A stretch of DNA of 64,000 nucleotides from Nannocystis bainbridge (GTDB lineage Bacteria > Myxococcota_A > Polyangia > Nannocystales > Nannocystaceae): assembly GCF_028368995.1 (NCBI RefSeq), contig NZ_JAQNDL010000001.1, positions 4,032,001 to 4,096,000 on the forward strand, in the 5' to 3' direction. Shown here piece after piece: positions 50,493 to 63,954 of this stretch. A program made the position numbers and the translations under genes. The notes beneath the pieces were generated by a model. It was not told where the DNA came from, made no database searches, and saw only the letters and a program-made list of their open reading frames with translations. Each line of letters opens with the position of its first letter. Position 1 is the stretch's first letter.

Positions 50493-50774
50493 TCAGGCCT
50501 CGCCGCGTTCCTGCGCGATGACCTTGACGACCTCGCGCGCGACGTCGCCGACGGTGACCACGTGCTGGAACAGCTCCATCGGCATGGTGATGCCGAAGTG
50601 ATCCTCGAGGTCGGACACCATCTCGAAGCTCTGCATCGAGTCGAGCCGCAGGTCCTGGATCAGGTGCGACTGCTCGCTCACCGGAGCAGCTGGCTTTTCG
50701 GCCAGGTTCTCGTCGAAGTAGGCGTAGATCTTGGCGAGCACGGCTTCGTAGGTAGGTCTTGCGGCTTCAGTCAC
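50493..50774 (-). CDS. Acyl carrier protein
   Basis: DLRLDSM phosphopantetheine site; LEDHFGI; TVGD. Confidence 0.9.
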   Translation of the reverse strand: MTEAARPTYEAVLAKIYAYFDENLAEKPAAPVSEQSHLIQDLRLDSMQSFEMVSDLEDHFGITMPMELFQHVVTVGDVAREVVKVIAQERGEA

Positions 50775-50856
50775 GGCGCTCCCCGGAGTACCGGCGGCTA
50801 TATCGCAACTGGAGCCGCGCCGGAAGCCGCGCGCGCGCCGGCCACCGTTAGCGGGG

Positions 50857-51996
50857 TCACAGCGTGGTCTCGTACACGCGATACGTGGCGATCGGGTAGC
50901 CGCCCATGCTCTTCACCGCGGCGTTGACCCGGTCGTTGTCCTCGAGGGTCCAGCCGATCTGCCCCTCGGTCCAGCCGAGCCGGGCCGCGGCCCGGTGGGT
51001 GGCGAGGAACAGCAGCGTGTCGATGCCCTGGCCGCGGTAGGCGGCCTTGATCCCGAGCAGGATGAGCCGCCCCCCCTTGACGACCTTGCGCACCTTCAGG
51101 TCCCACAGGAGGCGCAGGACCCCGAACGGGAACAGCCGGCCGTCGAGCTTCTTCAGCACCGGGTTCACGTCGAGCACGGTGATCACGAACGCGACCGGCT
51201 CGCCCTTCACCTCGGCGATGATCGGCAGCCCGGGCTCGAGCACCATCTTGAGGTCCTTGGCGATGTGCAGGTACTCCTCGCGGCCGACCGGGACGAAGCC
51301 CCAGTTCTTCTCCCACGCGTCGTTCATCACCTCGAGCGAGCGCAGGACCTCGGCGTCCCAGTCGTCGAAGCGCATGTCGCGGACGGTGATGCCGCGCCGC
51401 GCGGCGACCTTGGCGGCGATCCGCTCGACGCGCTCGGGGATCGGTCGCTGCGGATCGACGCCCCAGTGCAGCAGGTCCTTGGCCTTGCGCAGACCTGTCC
51501 CTTGGAGCAGGCGGTCGTAGTACGGCGGGTTATACGGCATGTTGATGCCGGGGTCGCGGTCGAACCCCTCGATCAGCACGCCGGAGATGTAGTTCATCGA
51601 CAGCTCGAACGGGCCGATCATCGCGGTGCAGCCGCGGGCCGCGAGCCAGGCCTTGGCGACGTCGACCAGCGCCTGCGCGAGCGCGGGGTCGTCGGGGCAC
51701 TCGAACATGCCGAGGTAGCCGGTCTGCTCGCCATGGAATTTCACGAAGTCTTCGTCGCGTACGGCGGCGACCCGGGCGACGTCGCGCCCGTCCTTGCGCG
51801 CGATCCAGAACGCCGCCTGCGCGTGCTTGAAGAACGGGTTCTTGTCCGGGTTCAGATAGTCCCGCCGGTCCATCAACAGCGGCGGCACCCAGCGCGGGCT
51901 CGGGTGATGCTCGCGGTTGACGTACCAGGGCACCCGGATGAACCGCTCGACCAGCTTGCGGTCGCTGAGAGGGACTTCGATGAGCTCGAACGACAT
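50857..51996 (-). CDS. YghO-like GNAT N-acyltransferase, bacterial ceramide synthase (bCerS)-like
   Basis: FIRVPW, WVPPL, NPFF, MPYNPPYY, NDAW..NWGFVP, YRGQGI, W.LEDN. Confidence 0.75.
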   Translation of the reverse strand: MSFELIEVPLSDRKLVERFIRVPWYVNREHHPSPRWVPPLLMDRRDYLNPDKNPFFKHAQAAFWIARKDGRDVARVAAVRDEDFVKFHGEQTGYLGMFECPDDPALAQALVDVAKAWLAARGCTAMIGPFELSMNYISGVLIEGFDRDPGINMPYNPPYYDRLLQGTGLRKAKDLLHWGVDPQRPIPERVERIAAKVAARRGITVRDMRFDDWDAEVLRSLEVMNDAWEKNWGFVPVGREEYLHIAKDLKMVLEPGLPIIAEVKGEPVAFVITVLDVNPVLKKLDGRLFPFGVLRLLWDLKVRKVVKGGRLILLGIKAAYRGQGIDTLLFLATHRAAARLGWTEGQIGWTLEDNDRVNAAVKSMGGYPIATYRVYETTL

Positions 51997-52394
51997 GGCG
52001 GCCTCGCAGCCGCGCGCAGCGGCCCGTACGAGCCGGGGGGCTACCGCCCGCCGCACTTCGCGTCAAGTGCGCAGAGGCCGCTCGAGCCCCGCGGGGGCAT
52101 CCCCCCGCGATCGCGAGGGCCTCGCGGGCTATCCTCGTCGCAGTGGCTGTCACGCTCGCGCGGTTTCAATTTCGACATGGCTCTTGGGTCATGTCCGAAA
52201 GAGCTGGCGAGCGCCCCGGCGCCGACGTCCGCGCGTTCTTCGCCGCCGCCCGTGCTGCCGCGCCGCGACGCGGGCACCCGCGCCGCAGCGGCCCGCCCTC
52301 GCCGGCGGACCGGCGCCCCGGCGCGGCGGTGGTAGCCCCTGCCGCGTCCCCTGCCACCTCGGCGGCTGCATCACCCCGTGGAAGCGAGTGAACC

Positions 52395-53369
52395 ATGCGA
52401 CATGTCCTTAAGACCATCTTCTTCATCGCCCCGCTCCTGCCCGCCTGCGGCGACTCTGGCCAGGGCAAGGACCCGACCGACACCGGCTCGGGGCCCGGCA
52501 TCGACTCGCTGAACACGCTCGGCAGCGACGGCGCCAGCGACTCGACCGCGAGCGGCGGCGCCAGCGAGGCGACGACGGCCACCACCGACGGCGGCAGCGA
52601 GGGCTCGGCGACCGCGGCGACGGTGACGGCGAGCGAGCCGACGACCACCACCGCGACCACCGGCCCGGACGAGACGACCAGCACCTCGACGACCTTCCCG
52701 CAGACCGCCTCGTCGCTGCCGGACACCACCGGCTTCGAGCCGCCGCAGTGCGACCCGGTGATGAAGGCGACGGTCCGCGACTTCCGCACCAGCCACCCCG
52801 ACTTCGAGACCTTCGGCGGCGACGCGGCCTACGAGGGCCTGGTCCAGCAGGACCTCGGGCCCGACAGCAAGCCGGTCTACGCCCACCCCGGCGGCACGCC
52901 GCAGACCACCGGGCCGGCCGAGTTCGCCCAGTGGTACAACGACACGCCGGACGTCAACATGGCGTTCGAGATCGACATCCCGCTGACCGAGGTGTCGCCG
53001 GGTCAGTTCACCTACCAGAACAACGCCTTCTTCCCCATCGACGGCCAGGGCTGGGGCGACGAGGGCAACCCGCACAACTTCCACTTCACCACCGAGATCC
53101 ACACCGAGTTCACCTACCAGGGCGGCGAGGTGTTCACGTTCACCGGTGACGACGACCTGTGGCTGTTCATCAACGGCAAGCTGGCGATCGACCTCGGCGG
53201 CCTCCATCCGCAGCTGACCGACACCATCAGCCTCGACGAGAACGCCGGTTATCTCGGGATCACGATCGGCCAGAATTACACGATGGACATCTTCCACGCC
53301 GAGCGGCACACCACCGACTCGAACTTCCGCATCGACACCAGCATCCAGTGCTTCGTCATCCCCGGCTGA
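52395..53369 (+). CDS. Fibro-slime (PA14) domain lipoprotein
   Basis: HPDFE, FFPIDG, HNFHFTTE, FTGDDDLWLFING, DLGGLH, FHAERHT. Confidence 0.92.
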   Translation: MRHVLKTIFFIAPLLPACGDSGQGKDPTDTGSGPGIDSLNTLGSDGASDSTASGGASEATTATTDGGSEGSATAATVTASEPTTTTATTGPDETTSTSTTFPQTASSLPDTTGFEPPQCDPVMKATVRDFRTSHPDFETFGGDAAYEGLVQQDLGPDSKPVYAHPGGTPQTTGPAEFAQWYNDTPDVNMAFEIDIPLTEVSPGQFTYQNNAFFPIDGQGWGDEGNPHNFHFTTEIHTEFTYQGGEVFTFTGDDDLWLFINGKLAIDLGGLHPQLTDTISLDENAGYLGITIGQNYTMDIFHAERHTTDSNFRIDTSIQCFVIPG

Positions 53370-53494
53370 TTGCGGCCTAATACGCGGTGGGCTTCGGATG
53401 CCGAAGCTCACGCCGGATTTCGCTCGTAGCGGGCTGAACTACGCGGGAAAATTGTGTGCTCTTGGCCCCGGCTCCGTCGACGACGGACCTCAGG

Positions 53495-55009
53495 ATGGAC
53501 CCCTTGAAGCACACGATCGCTCCCCCCCGCGCGGCCGCGCTCCTCGCAGCCGGTATTGGCCTCTTCTCCCTCACCGCTTGCGGCGACGACTCCGACCCAC
53601 TGCTGTCGGCCTCCGCGACGCTCTCCGCGGGCCCGACCTCGAACCCGGGCACCAGCAACCCATCGTCCGGCGCTTCGACCGACGACCCCACCGGCGGCAC
53701 CACTGGCGACCCCACCGAGGGCGGCACGGGTGACACCGAAGACACGACCGGCGAGCCGCAGGACGGCCCGCACGCGCTCGGCACCATCTTCCTCGGCGAG
53801 AGCCACCCGGCCGCCGGCGGCAGCATCTCCCCGGCCGTGTCCGCGAGCTTCGTCCCCGACGCCGGCACCGGCGCGGGCCAGGGCTGTACCGAGAGCGTCG
53901 CCGGCTGTCAGTTGGCGCTCGTGCCCGACTGTGGCAGCGGCTGCGACGCCGACGAGTACTGCGGCTTCGACGACAGCTGCGACGCGACATGCCTGCGGAT
54001 CTGCGACGCCCAGTGCGGCGCCGACGAGGTCTGTTACTTCCCGGCCCCGAACACGCCCGGCTGCAAGAAGATCGAGTCGTTCGACGCCGGCGCGCTGACC
54101 TTCCTCGGCACGCCGATCGCGATCACTCTGTTCCCGCCGTACGCCTTCATGAGCGACGACAACGCCGCGCCGTTCGCCCCCGGCGGCACGGCCAAGGTGC
54201 AGGCGTCGGGCGCCAGCAACGCCGGCTTCGAGGCATTCGAGAAGGAGTTCACGGGCACGGCGTTCATCCAGACCAGCCCGAAGCTCGATGCCCTCGACTT
54301 CGCCCAGGTGTTCGGCGACGGCCCGCTGCCGGTGCGCTGGACCCCCGGCGACGGCGAGGTCACGATCACCGCGACCGTCACCTCCAGCGACTTCGCCGTC
54401 GGCACCGTCACCTGCAAGGCCGACGATGCCAGCGGCAAGTTCGACCTCCCGCGCGCGGCGCTCGAGGCGGCGGTCGACGGCGACCCGGCGGTCAACATCG
54501 CCGTGTCGGTGCAGCGCCAGCGCGTCGACGTGTACAAGGACCTGGCCACCAAGGGCGAGCTCACCGGCGTCACCGTGCAGCCGGTCGGCCACCTGCGCAT
54601 CGTCACCAGCTCGACCGAGTTCCACGCGTTCCAGGGCTGCAACCCCGGCGAGGCGGTGTGCAACAACACCTGCGTCGACGTGCAGTACGACGCCGCCAAC
54701 TGCGGCGGCTGCGGCAAGGCCTGCAGCGGCGACGACAGCTGCATCGAGGGCACCTGCAACGGCATCGAAGCCTGCAACGCCTGCGCCGCGGACTCCATGA
54801 CCGGCGGCTGCAAGGCCGAGAACGACGCTTGCGCCGCCAACGCGGCCTGCAAGGCGCTCGAGACCTGCATCGCCGGCTGCCAGGACCAGGAGTGCCTCTA
54901 CATGTGCGGCATGAACGTCGAGACCGCGACGATCGACCTCTACAACGCGCAGATCCAGTGCCTCTGCGACGAGGTGTGCGTCGGCGAGTGCAACGGTCTG
55001 TGCAGCTGA
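53495..55009 (+). CDS. Cys-rich lipoprotein with Stig1-like C-terminal motif
   Basis: Lipobox LTAC; CVDVQYDAANCGGCGKAC. Confidence 0.8.
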   Translation: MDPLKHTIAPPRAAALLAAGIGLFSLTACGDDSDPLLSASATLSAGPTSNPGTSNPSSGASTDDPTGGTTGDPTEGGTGDTEDTTGEPQDGPHALGTIFLGESHPAAGGSISPAVSASFVPDAGTGAGQGCTESVAGCQLALVPDCGSGCDADEYCGFDDSCDATCLRICDAQCGADEVCYFPAPNTPGCKKIESFDAGALTFLGTPIAITLFPPYAFMSDDNAAPFAPGGTAKVQASGASNAGFEAFEKEFTGTAFIQTSPKLDALDFAQVFGDGPLPVRWTPGDGEVTITATVTSSDFAVGTVTCKADDASGKFDLPRAALEAAVDGDPAVNIAVSVQRQRVDVYKDLATKGELTGVTVQPVGHLRIVTSSTEFHAFQGCNPGEAVCNNTCVDVQYDAANCGGCGKACSGDDSCIEGTCNGIEACNACAADSMTGGCKAENDACAANAACKALETCIAGCQDQECLYMCGMNVETATIDLYNAQIQCLCDEVCVGECNGLCS

Positions 55010-55087
55010 GCCGATGCCCGTGCGCCTGTCCGTCGGGACAGGCGCGCGGCGCCCCGCCCTGATCACCGGCTCACGCGCGGGCCCGAA

Positions 55088-55606
55088 TCAACCTGACCGT
55101 TCGGCCAGGTACTCGGCGGCCCGCTTGACGTAGACCGTCCAGGCGTACTCGATCCACTCGCGGTCCTTGGCCGTGAGCTGGCGGACCACCCGGAACGGGT
55201 TGCCCATCACCATCTCGCCCGAGCGCACGACCTTGCCGGGCGGGATCAGCGTGCCGGCGCCGACGAACGACCACGGCTCGACGACCGCGTTGTCGAGCAC
55301 GATCGAGCCCATGCCGACGAGGCAGTCGTCCCCGATCGTGCAGCCGTGGAGGATGACCTTGTGGCCGACGGTGACGCGCGCGCCGACGCTGGTGTGCGAG
55401 ACGCCCTCGGTCGCGTGGATCACCGTGCCGTCCTGGATCGACGTGTCGGAGCCGATCACGATCGCCCCGTCGTCGCCGCGCAGCACCGCCGCCGGCCAGA
55501 TCGAGGCGCGCGGGCCGACGACGACGTCGCCGATCAGCGTCGCCGCCTCGTGCACGAACGCGGTCGGGGCGACCTGGGGCCGGATGCCGCGGAGCTTCTC
55601 CAGCAT
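55088..55606 (-). CDS. Gamma carbonic anhydrase family (hexapeptide repeat) protein
   Basis: LRGD, IQDGTVIH, VGHKVILHGC. Confidence 0.92.
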   Translation of the reverse strand: MLEKLRGIRPQVAPTAFVHEAATLIGDVVVGPRASIWPAAVLRGDDGAIVIGSDTSIQDGTVIHATEGVSHTSVGARVTVGHKVILHGCTIGDDCLVGMGSIVLDNAVVEPWSFVGAGTLIPPGKVVRSGEMVMGNPFRVVRQLTAKDREWIEYAWTVYVKRAAEYLAERSG

Positions 55607-55632
55607 GGCGCCTCGCGTACCTGGCCGAAGGG

Positions 55633-57084
55633 TCAGGTAAGGACCAGGAAGGCGACCACGCCGCCGCCCACCAGCAGCAGCACGAGGACGATGATCCACG
55701 CCGAGCCGCCCTCGCCCTTGTTGGTGGGCTCGGGGGGCCGGGCGGTGCGCGGGTCGGGCGGGATGGTGCGGTTGCCCGGCGGCGGGCGCTTGGGCAGCTT
55801 GTTGTCGCCGCCCGGCGAGGTCTTCGGCCGCGGGTTGTCCTTGCCGAGCCCGAGCTGGTCGACCAGGGGCTGGTCGTTCTTGTCGGGCAGCGGCTCGGTC
55901 GGGGTCGGCGACAGGCCCAGGCGGTTCGGCGTGACCCCGCCCGGCGCCGGCGTGAACACGTCGACGTCGAGCGGCTGGCTCGGGTCGTGCTGCTGCTGCT
56001 CGCCGAGCGTGACGACCGGCTGCGCGCCCGCGGAGGCCTCTTTCTTGTCCTCCTGGCCGAGCGAGCGGAAGTGCAGCATCTCCTCGTTGATGAGGTTGAT
56101 GATGAGGTTGTTGCCGCCGGGCGAGCGCTCCTGCTGGGCCTTGTTCTCGGCCTGGCGCCGCTCCGCCTCCTGCTCCTCGCGGATCGGGCGGCAGAAGTCG
56201 ATCATGTCGCGCGCCGAGACCTTGAGCCGGTGCGTGAACAGGAACCCGAGCAGCCCCTCGGCGAAGTCGTCGGCGGTCTGATAGCGCTGCGAGATGTCCT
56301 TGTGCAGGGCCTTGAACAGCACCTGCTCGAGGTCCTCGGGCACGTTCGGGTTGTACTGGCGGATGCTCGGGACCTCGCCCGCGCGGACCAGGGCGATCGT
56401 CTCGTAGTCGTTCTTGCCGCGGAACAGCCGCCGGCCGGTCAGCATCTCGAAGCCGAGGATGCCCGCCGCGTAGAGGTCGGCGCGCGCGTCGATCTCCTCG
56501 GCGCGAGCTGCCTCAGGGGACAGGTAGCTGTACTTGCCCTTGACCACGCCCGGGTCGGTCGACTCGAGCTGCGTGGTCGCCTTGGCCAGGCCGAAGTCCG
56601 TCAGCTTGACCTCGCCGTTCCACGAGATCAGGATGTTCGGCGGCGAGATGTCGCGGTGGATGATGCCGAGCGGCCGCCCGGTCTCGCTGTCCGGGAGGCG
56701 GTGGGCGTACGACAGGCCCTTCAGCACCTCGTTGAGGATGAAGACGGTGAGCGGCACCGGCATCGGCCCGCCGCGCTTCACCTGGCTCTCGAGCAGCGTC
56801 TTCATGTTTATGCCATGGACGAAGTCCATGACGATGAAGTAGGTGCTGTCGCTCTCGCCGATGTCGAAGACGGAGACGATGTTCGCGTGGGCCAGCCGCA
56901 GGCTCAGCCGGGCCTCGTCGAGGAACATGCGGACGAACCGCTGATCCTTGATGAGGCCGGGAAGGATGCGCTTGATGGCGACCTTCTTCTTGAAGCCCGC
57001 CATCGACTCGGCCTCGGCGACGTACACCTCGGCCATGCCGCCGGCGTCGAGCTTGAAGAGGGGTCGGTAGCGTTGCGAGGTCAT
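55633..57084 (-). CDS. Hanks-type Ser/Thr protein kinase with C-terminal TM
   Basis: GGMAEVY, VAIK, HRDISPPN, DFGLAK, YLSPE. Confidence 0.95.
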   Translation of the reverse strand: MTSQRYRPLFKLDAGGMAEVYVAEAESMAGFKKKVAIKRILPGLIKDQRFVRMFLDEARLSLRLAHANIVSVFDIGESDSTYFIVMDFVHGINMKTLLESQVKRGGPMPVPLTVFILNEVLKGLSYAHRLPDSETGRPLGIIHRDISPPNILISWNGEVKLTDFGLAKATTQLESTDPGVVKGKYSYLSPEAARAEEIDARADLYAAGILGFEMLTGRRLFRGKNDYETIALVRAGEVPSIRQYNPNVPEDLEQVLFKALHKDISQRYQTADDFAEGLLGFLFTHRLKVSARDMIDFCRPIREEQEAERRQAENKAQQERSPGGNNLIINLINEEMLHFRSLGQEDKKEASAGAQPVVTLGEQQQHDPSQPLDVDVFTPAPGGVTPNRLGLSPTPTEPLPDKNDQPLVDQLGLGKDNPRPKTSPGGDNKLPKRPPPGNRTIPPDPRTARPPEPTNKGEGGSAWIIVLVLLLVGGGVVAFLVLT

Positions 57085-57217
57085 GACGGCGCGGAGTTTT
57101 CGGCGGGTCGGCCCTGTCGGGCAGAGAAATATTCAATCTCGCGGAGCGTGCAAATCGCGGTGACAAACCGCGAAAACGCGAGGCAGTGTAACAAAGGTTT
57201 CGGCTCCAGGGCGCGCA

Positions 57218-58537
57218 TCATCCGGGCCCGGGCCGCGGGGCCGGAACCGCCGCCGGCTGCCGAACAGGCGGTCCGGCGGGCGCTGTCGAGCTTGTCTGCG
57301 CGCGCGGCGGATCGTACTGGGTGAGCACCAGCCGTACGACACCGAACCAGATGTCGCTCTCCACGGCCAGCGGGATGCGGCGACCATCGGCGCTCACCCA
57401 AACCCGCATTTTATACGCTTTTTTGCCGGGAATTGCAGCGCCGTAGCGGTCGACGCGGGTGATCGTCCCCTCGAATTGTTGCACCTGGTCGGGAGCGATC
57501 CCCAGGGCCGTACCGATCGGCGGCATCCCGTCGAACCGGACCATCCCCTTGCCGGTGATGTCGACGCGCAGCAGCACCGTGCCGTCGAGCCCGTACGCCT
57601 TGACCTTCTCGCCCGGCTTGAGCTCGAGCGAGCGGACCCACGCCATGATCGACAGCGGGTCGAAGGTGTCGACCGGCAGCCGCCGCCGCTGCGTCGACGA
57701 CCGCTCGTCGCGCTTGTCGGCGATCTCGACGAAGCCGCGGCCGAAGAACGTGGTGGTCGTCTCGCGCCGCTTGTACGAGCCGGGCAGGCCCTCGCGGCGG
57801 GTGATCGAGCCGGTCTCGAGCGGCGCGCCGGTGGTGGCGTCGACGTAGGCGGCCATGTCGTAGACGAGGGTGGTGAGCAGGGCGACGACGCCGCTGGTGC
57901 GGGCGAAGCCCTCGAGGCGGACGCGGTCGGGCGAGCCGTTCGGGCCCGGCTCGCGGGCGACGACCCCCGCCTCGGCGATGCCGGTCGGGTTGCCGCCAAA
58001 GATGATGTCGTACTTGAACTTCTCGCCGGGCTGCAGCGTGAAGCCGAAGTCCGGCGGCCGCGGCGAGGCCCGCAGCCGCCGCGAACGGTCGATCAGCGGC
58101 GGCCGCGACAGCTCACCGCTGCGCCCGACCAGCGGCGACAGCCCCTGCTCGTCGCGCCCCTGCACGAGGGCGTTCGGCGGCTCGACGCGCGGCAGCCGAG
58201 ACCCATCTGTTGCAAAAAATCCGAGGTCGATCTCCGGCGCCGCCAGGCGACCCTCGGGCCGCGGTGCAGGCTCCGGCGGGGGCTCGCTGCGCGGCTGCTT
58301 CGACGGCGTGATGCGAACCGCCTTGTCCGGCGCGGCGGACCCGGTGGTCGCAGGCGTCGTCGTCGCCGGCGTGGGGCTCGCCGGCGCTTCGCTCGGCGCG
58401 GCGCGAGCATCGGCGTCACGCGGCATGCTCCAGGTGACCGCGCCCGCGGAGGCGCACAGCACCGATGTAGCGAGGGCCGCGAGGGCCGCGCTCAAGGTCG
58501 CGCGTGTAGGCCGCGGGTGAGGAGGGCGCTTCGTCAT
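57218..58537 (-). CDS. DUF3108-like exported protein
   Basis: Signal peptide; GEKFKY, DPLS, VWVSADGRRIPL. Confidence 0.7.
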   Translation of the reverse strand: MTKRPPHPRPTRATLSAALAALATSVLCASAGAVTWSMPRDADARAAPSEAPASPTPATTTPATTGSAAPDKAVRITPSKQPRSEPPPEPAPRPEGRLAAPEIDLGFFATDGSRLPRVEPPNALVQGRDEQGLSPLVGRSGELSRPPLIDRSRRLRASPRPPDFGFTLQPGEKFKYDIIFGGNPTGIAEAGVVAREPGPNGSPDRVRLEGFARTSGVVALLTTLVYDMAAYVDATTGAPLETGSITRREGLPGSYKRRETTTTFFGRGFVEIADKRDERSSTQRRRLPVDTFDPLSIMAWVRSLELKPGEKVKAYGLDGTVLLRVDITGKGMVRFDGMPPIGTALGIAPDQVQQFEGTITRVDRYGAAIPGKKAYKMRVWVSADGRRIPLAVESDIWFGVVRLVLTQYDPPRAQTSSTAPAGPPVRQPAAVPAPRPGPG

Positions 58538-58551
58538 GACGCGAGGCAAAG

Positions 58552-59531
58552 ATGGTAGAGTGCCGGCCCTTTTCCGCCAACTTCAGGGAGCGCTTGAGTA
58601 CCGCACTGCCAGCTGTGCCGCACCTCGTGGTGACGCAAGGCGACCCCGAGGGGATCGGCCCGGAGCTGTTGCTCCGGCTGGGTGACGCCGGCGCGCTCCG
58701 CACAGGAGATCGCGTCGTGGCCGATCGCGAGCGCCTGGTCGGGCTCGCGCGCGCCCTCGCCACCCCGTGGGCGACCCGCGGCCTCGAGGCGATCGCCCCG
58801 CTGGTCGACGACGTGCGCGGCGGTCAGGTCGCGGCGCTGGTCCGCGGCGTCGACCTCGTGCTCGAGCACCCGGGCGCCGCGCTGGTGACCGCGCCGATCG
58901 ACAAGGCCGCGTGCAAGGCCGAGGGCTTCGTTTTCCCCGGTCACACCGAGTACCTGGCCCACCGCGCCGGCGTCGACGACTTCGCGATGTTGATGATCGG
59001 CCCGCGCCTGCGCGTGGTGCCGGTGACGATCCACGTGCCGCTGCGCGCGGTGCCCGAGCTGCTGACGCCGGCCGCGATCGTGCGCTGCGGCAAGCTGCTG
59101 GCGCGCACGCTGGTGCATCACCTCGGCCTCCCGGGCCCGCGGATCGGGGTGCTCGGCCTCAACCCGCACGCCGGCGAGCGCGGCATGCTCGGCGACGAGG
59201 AGTTCCGGATCGTCGCCCCCGCGATCGCCGAGCTGACGGCGTGGGCCGCCGCGGAGGCGCTGCCGTGCAGCTTCGTCGGCCCGCTCGCGGCCGACACCGC
59301 GTTCGTCACCCACCTCGATGGCGGCCTCGACGGCCTGCTCGCCATGTACCACGACCAGGGCCTGGGGCCCTTCAAGCTGCTGCACATGCGCGACGGCGTC
59401 AACATGACCCTCGGGCTCCCGTTCACCCGCACCTCGCCCGACCACGGCACCGCGCGTGACATCGCGGGCCGCGGGGTCGCCGATCCCAGCAGCATGCTGG
59501 CGGCCGTCGCCCTCGCTCGGGGACATGTACC

Positions 59532-59535
<4 letters not shown>
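58552..59535 (+). CDS. pdxA: 4-hydroxythreonine-4-phosphate dehydrogenase
   Basis: GDPEGIGPE, TAPIDK, GHTEYL, NPHAGE, MYHDQGL, RTSPDHGTA; start uncertain. Confidence 0.93.
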
Positions 59536-62900
<3,365 letters not shown>

Positions 62901-62909
<9 letters not shown>

Positions 62910-62958
62910 AGAGCATGTCCGACGGGGCATGTCGCCGAGGACATCCCCTGTGGGCCAC
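62901..62958. repeat. 14-bp-period motif array (4 units) at the uvrA/hcp convergent junction
   Basis: Units at 62901, 62915, 62929 (ATGTC gccgag GACAT) and 62943. Confidence 0.8.
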
Positions 62959-62959
62959 G

Positions 62960-63523
62960 TCACCGCTTGACGTTGTGCTTCTCCCAGTCATCCGAGGCGG
63001 TGACGTTGCCGTCGCGCCAGATCCACTCGATCTTCTGGTAGGTCAGGCTGACCTCCTGCACGACCTGGTCGTTCGGCCCCGGCAGCAGGCGGATCGCGGC
63101 GATGCTGGCGTTCGTCAGCTTGACCGTGTACGTCAGCGTCTCCGCCCCCTTGGCGTCCGGCCCGAACACGTTGAGCTCGACCGACGTCAGCAGCTCGTTG
63201 TCGAGGAACGCCTGCTGGATCGTCGGCGTCGCCTTGCCCAGCTCCATCGTCAACACCAGCGGCTTGTGCTGGCGCCTGCCGGTCGCCAGGCCCGAGGCCG
63301 CGTCGCGCGGCATGCTGACCTCGTGGTCCAGCGAGAGGATCGCGATCATGTTCTCGCGGCCCTTCTTCACCACGCTGCCCTTGATGTCCCCGACCTTCTG
63401 GCCCTTCATCCGCAGGTAGGCGTTGAGCGCCGCCTCGGCCTCCGCGAACGGGGCGAGCGCCACCCCCGACACACACGCCACCAGCGCCAGCGAACGCAAC
63501 AGCTGCTTGCTCGACATCGACAT
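62960..63523 (-). CDS. hcp: Hcp/TssD-family tube protein with N-terminal signal peptide
   Basis: [56 protein letters not shown]; AGGAG RBS. Confidence 0.85.
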   Translation of the reverse strand: MSMSSKQLLRSLALVACVSGVALAPFAEAEAALNAYLRMKGQKVGDIKGSVVKKGRENMIAILSLDHEVSMPRDAASGLATGRRQHKPLVLTMELGKATPTIQQAFLDNELLTSVELNVFGPDAKGAETLTYTVKLTNASIAAIRLLPGPNDQVVQEVSLTYQKIEWIWRDGNVTASDDWEKHNVKR

Positions 63524-63870
63524 CGTGCTCCTGCGCGACGAACCCTCGCGCGCGAGGCAAGGTACCGCGGATCGTTCACCCACCGCACGCACGCGGGCGA
63601 GCGCGCCGGCGCGCTACGCATAGTTCACGCGCGATGTCGCGGCGGTGCGCTCGCCTCATGCGCTGGGGGCTGCGAGTGACGGGCCGAGCGTAGCAATGAG
63701 CGCCTGCTCGTCACGACATGTCACAATGGACACATCGATCACACATGTCCTTTGGATCATGTCGACAACGCGCCGGCGGCCCCATGGGGCCCCATGGGGC
63801 CGCCCCGTGGCCGAAGCTTCATGCCGGCCCGCCTGACCGCGGCGGTGGCTGAATCTCCACGACAAAATTG

Positions 63871-63886
63871 CGGCACGTCGATTGCC
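63871..63886 (+). promoter_or_regulatory. Putative sigma54 -24/-12 promoter
   Basis: CGGCAC-GTCGA-TTGC (GG-N10-GC) about 70 bp upstream of ATG 63955. Confidence 0.55.
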
Positions 63887-63954
63887 AAAGGGGCCCGGCA
63901 GCCGGGGCGAATCATCGCCCGGCCCGCCGCCATCTCCCTGGAATAGAGAACCGC

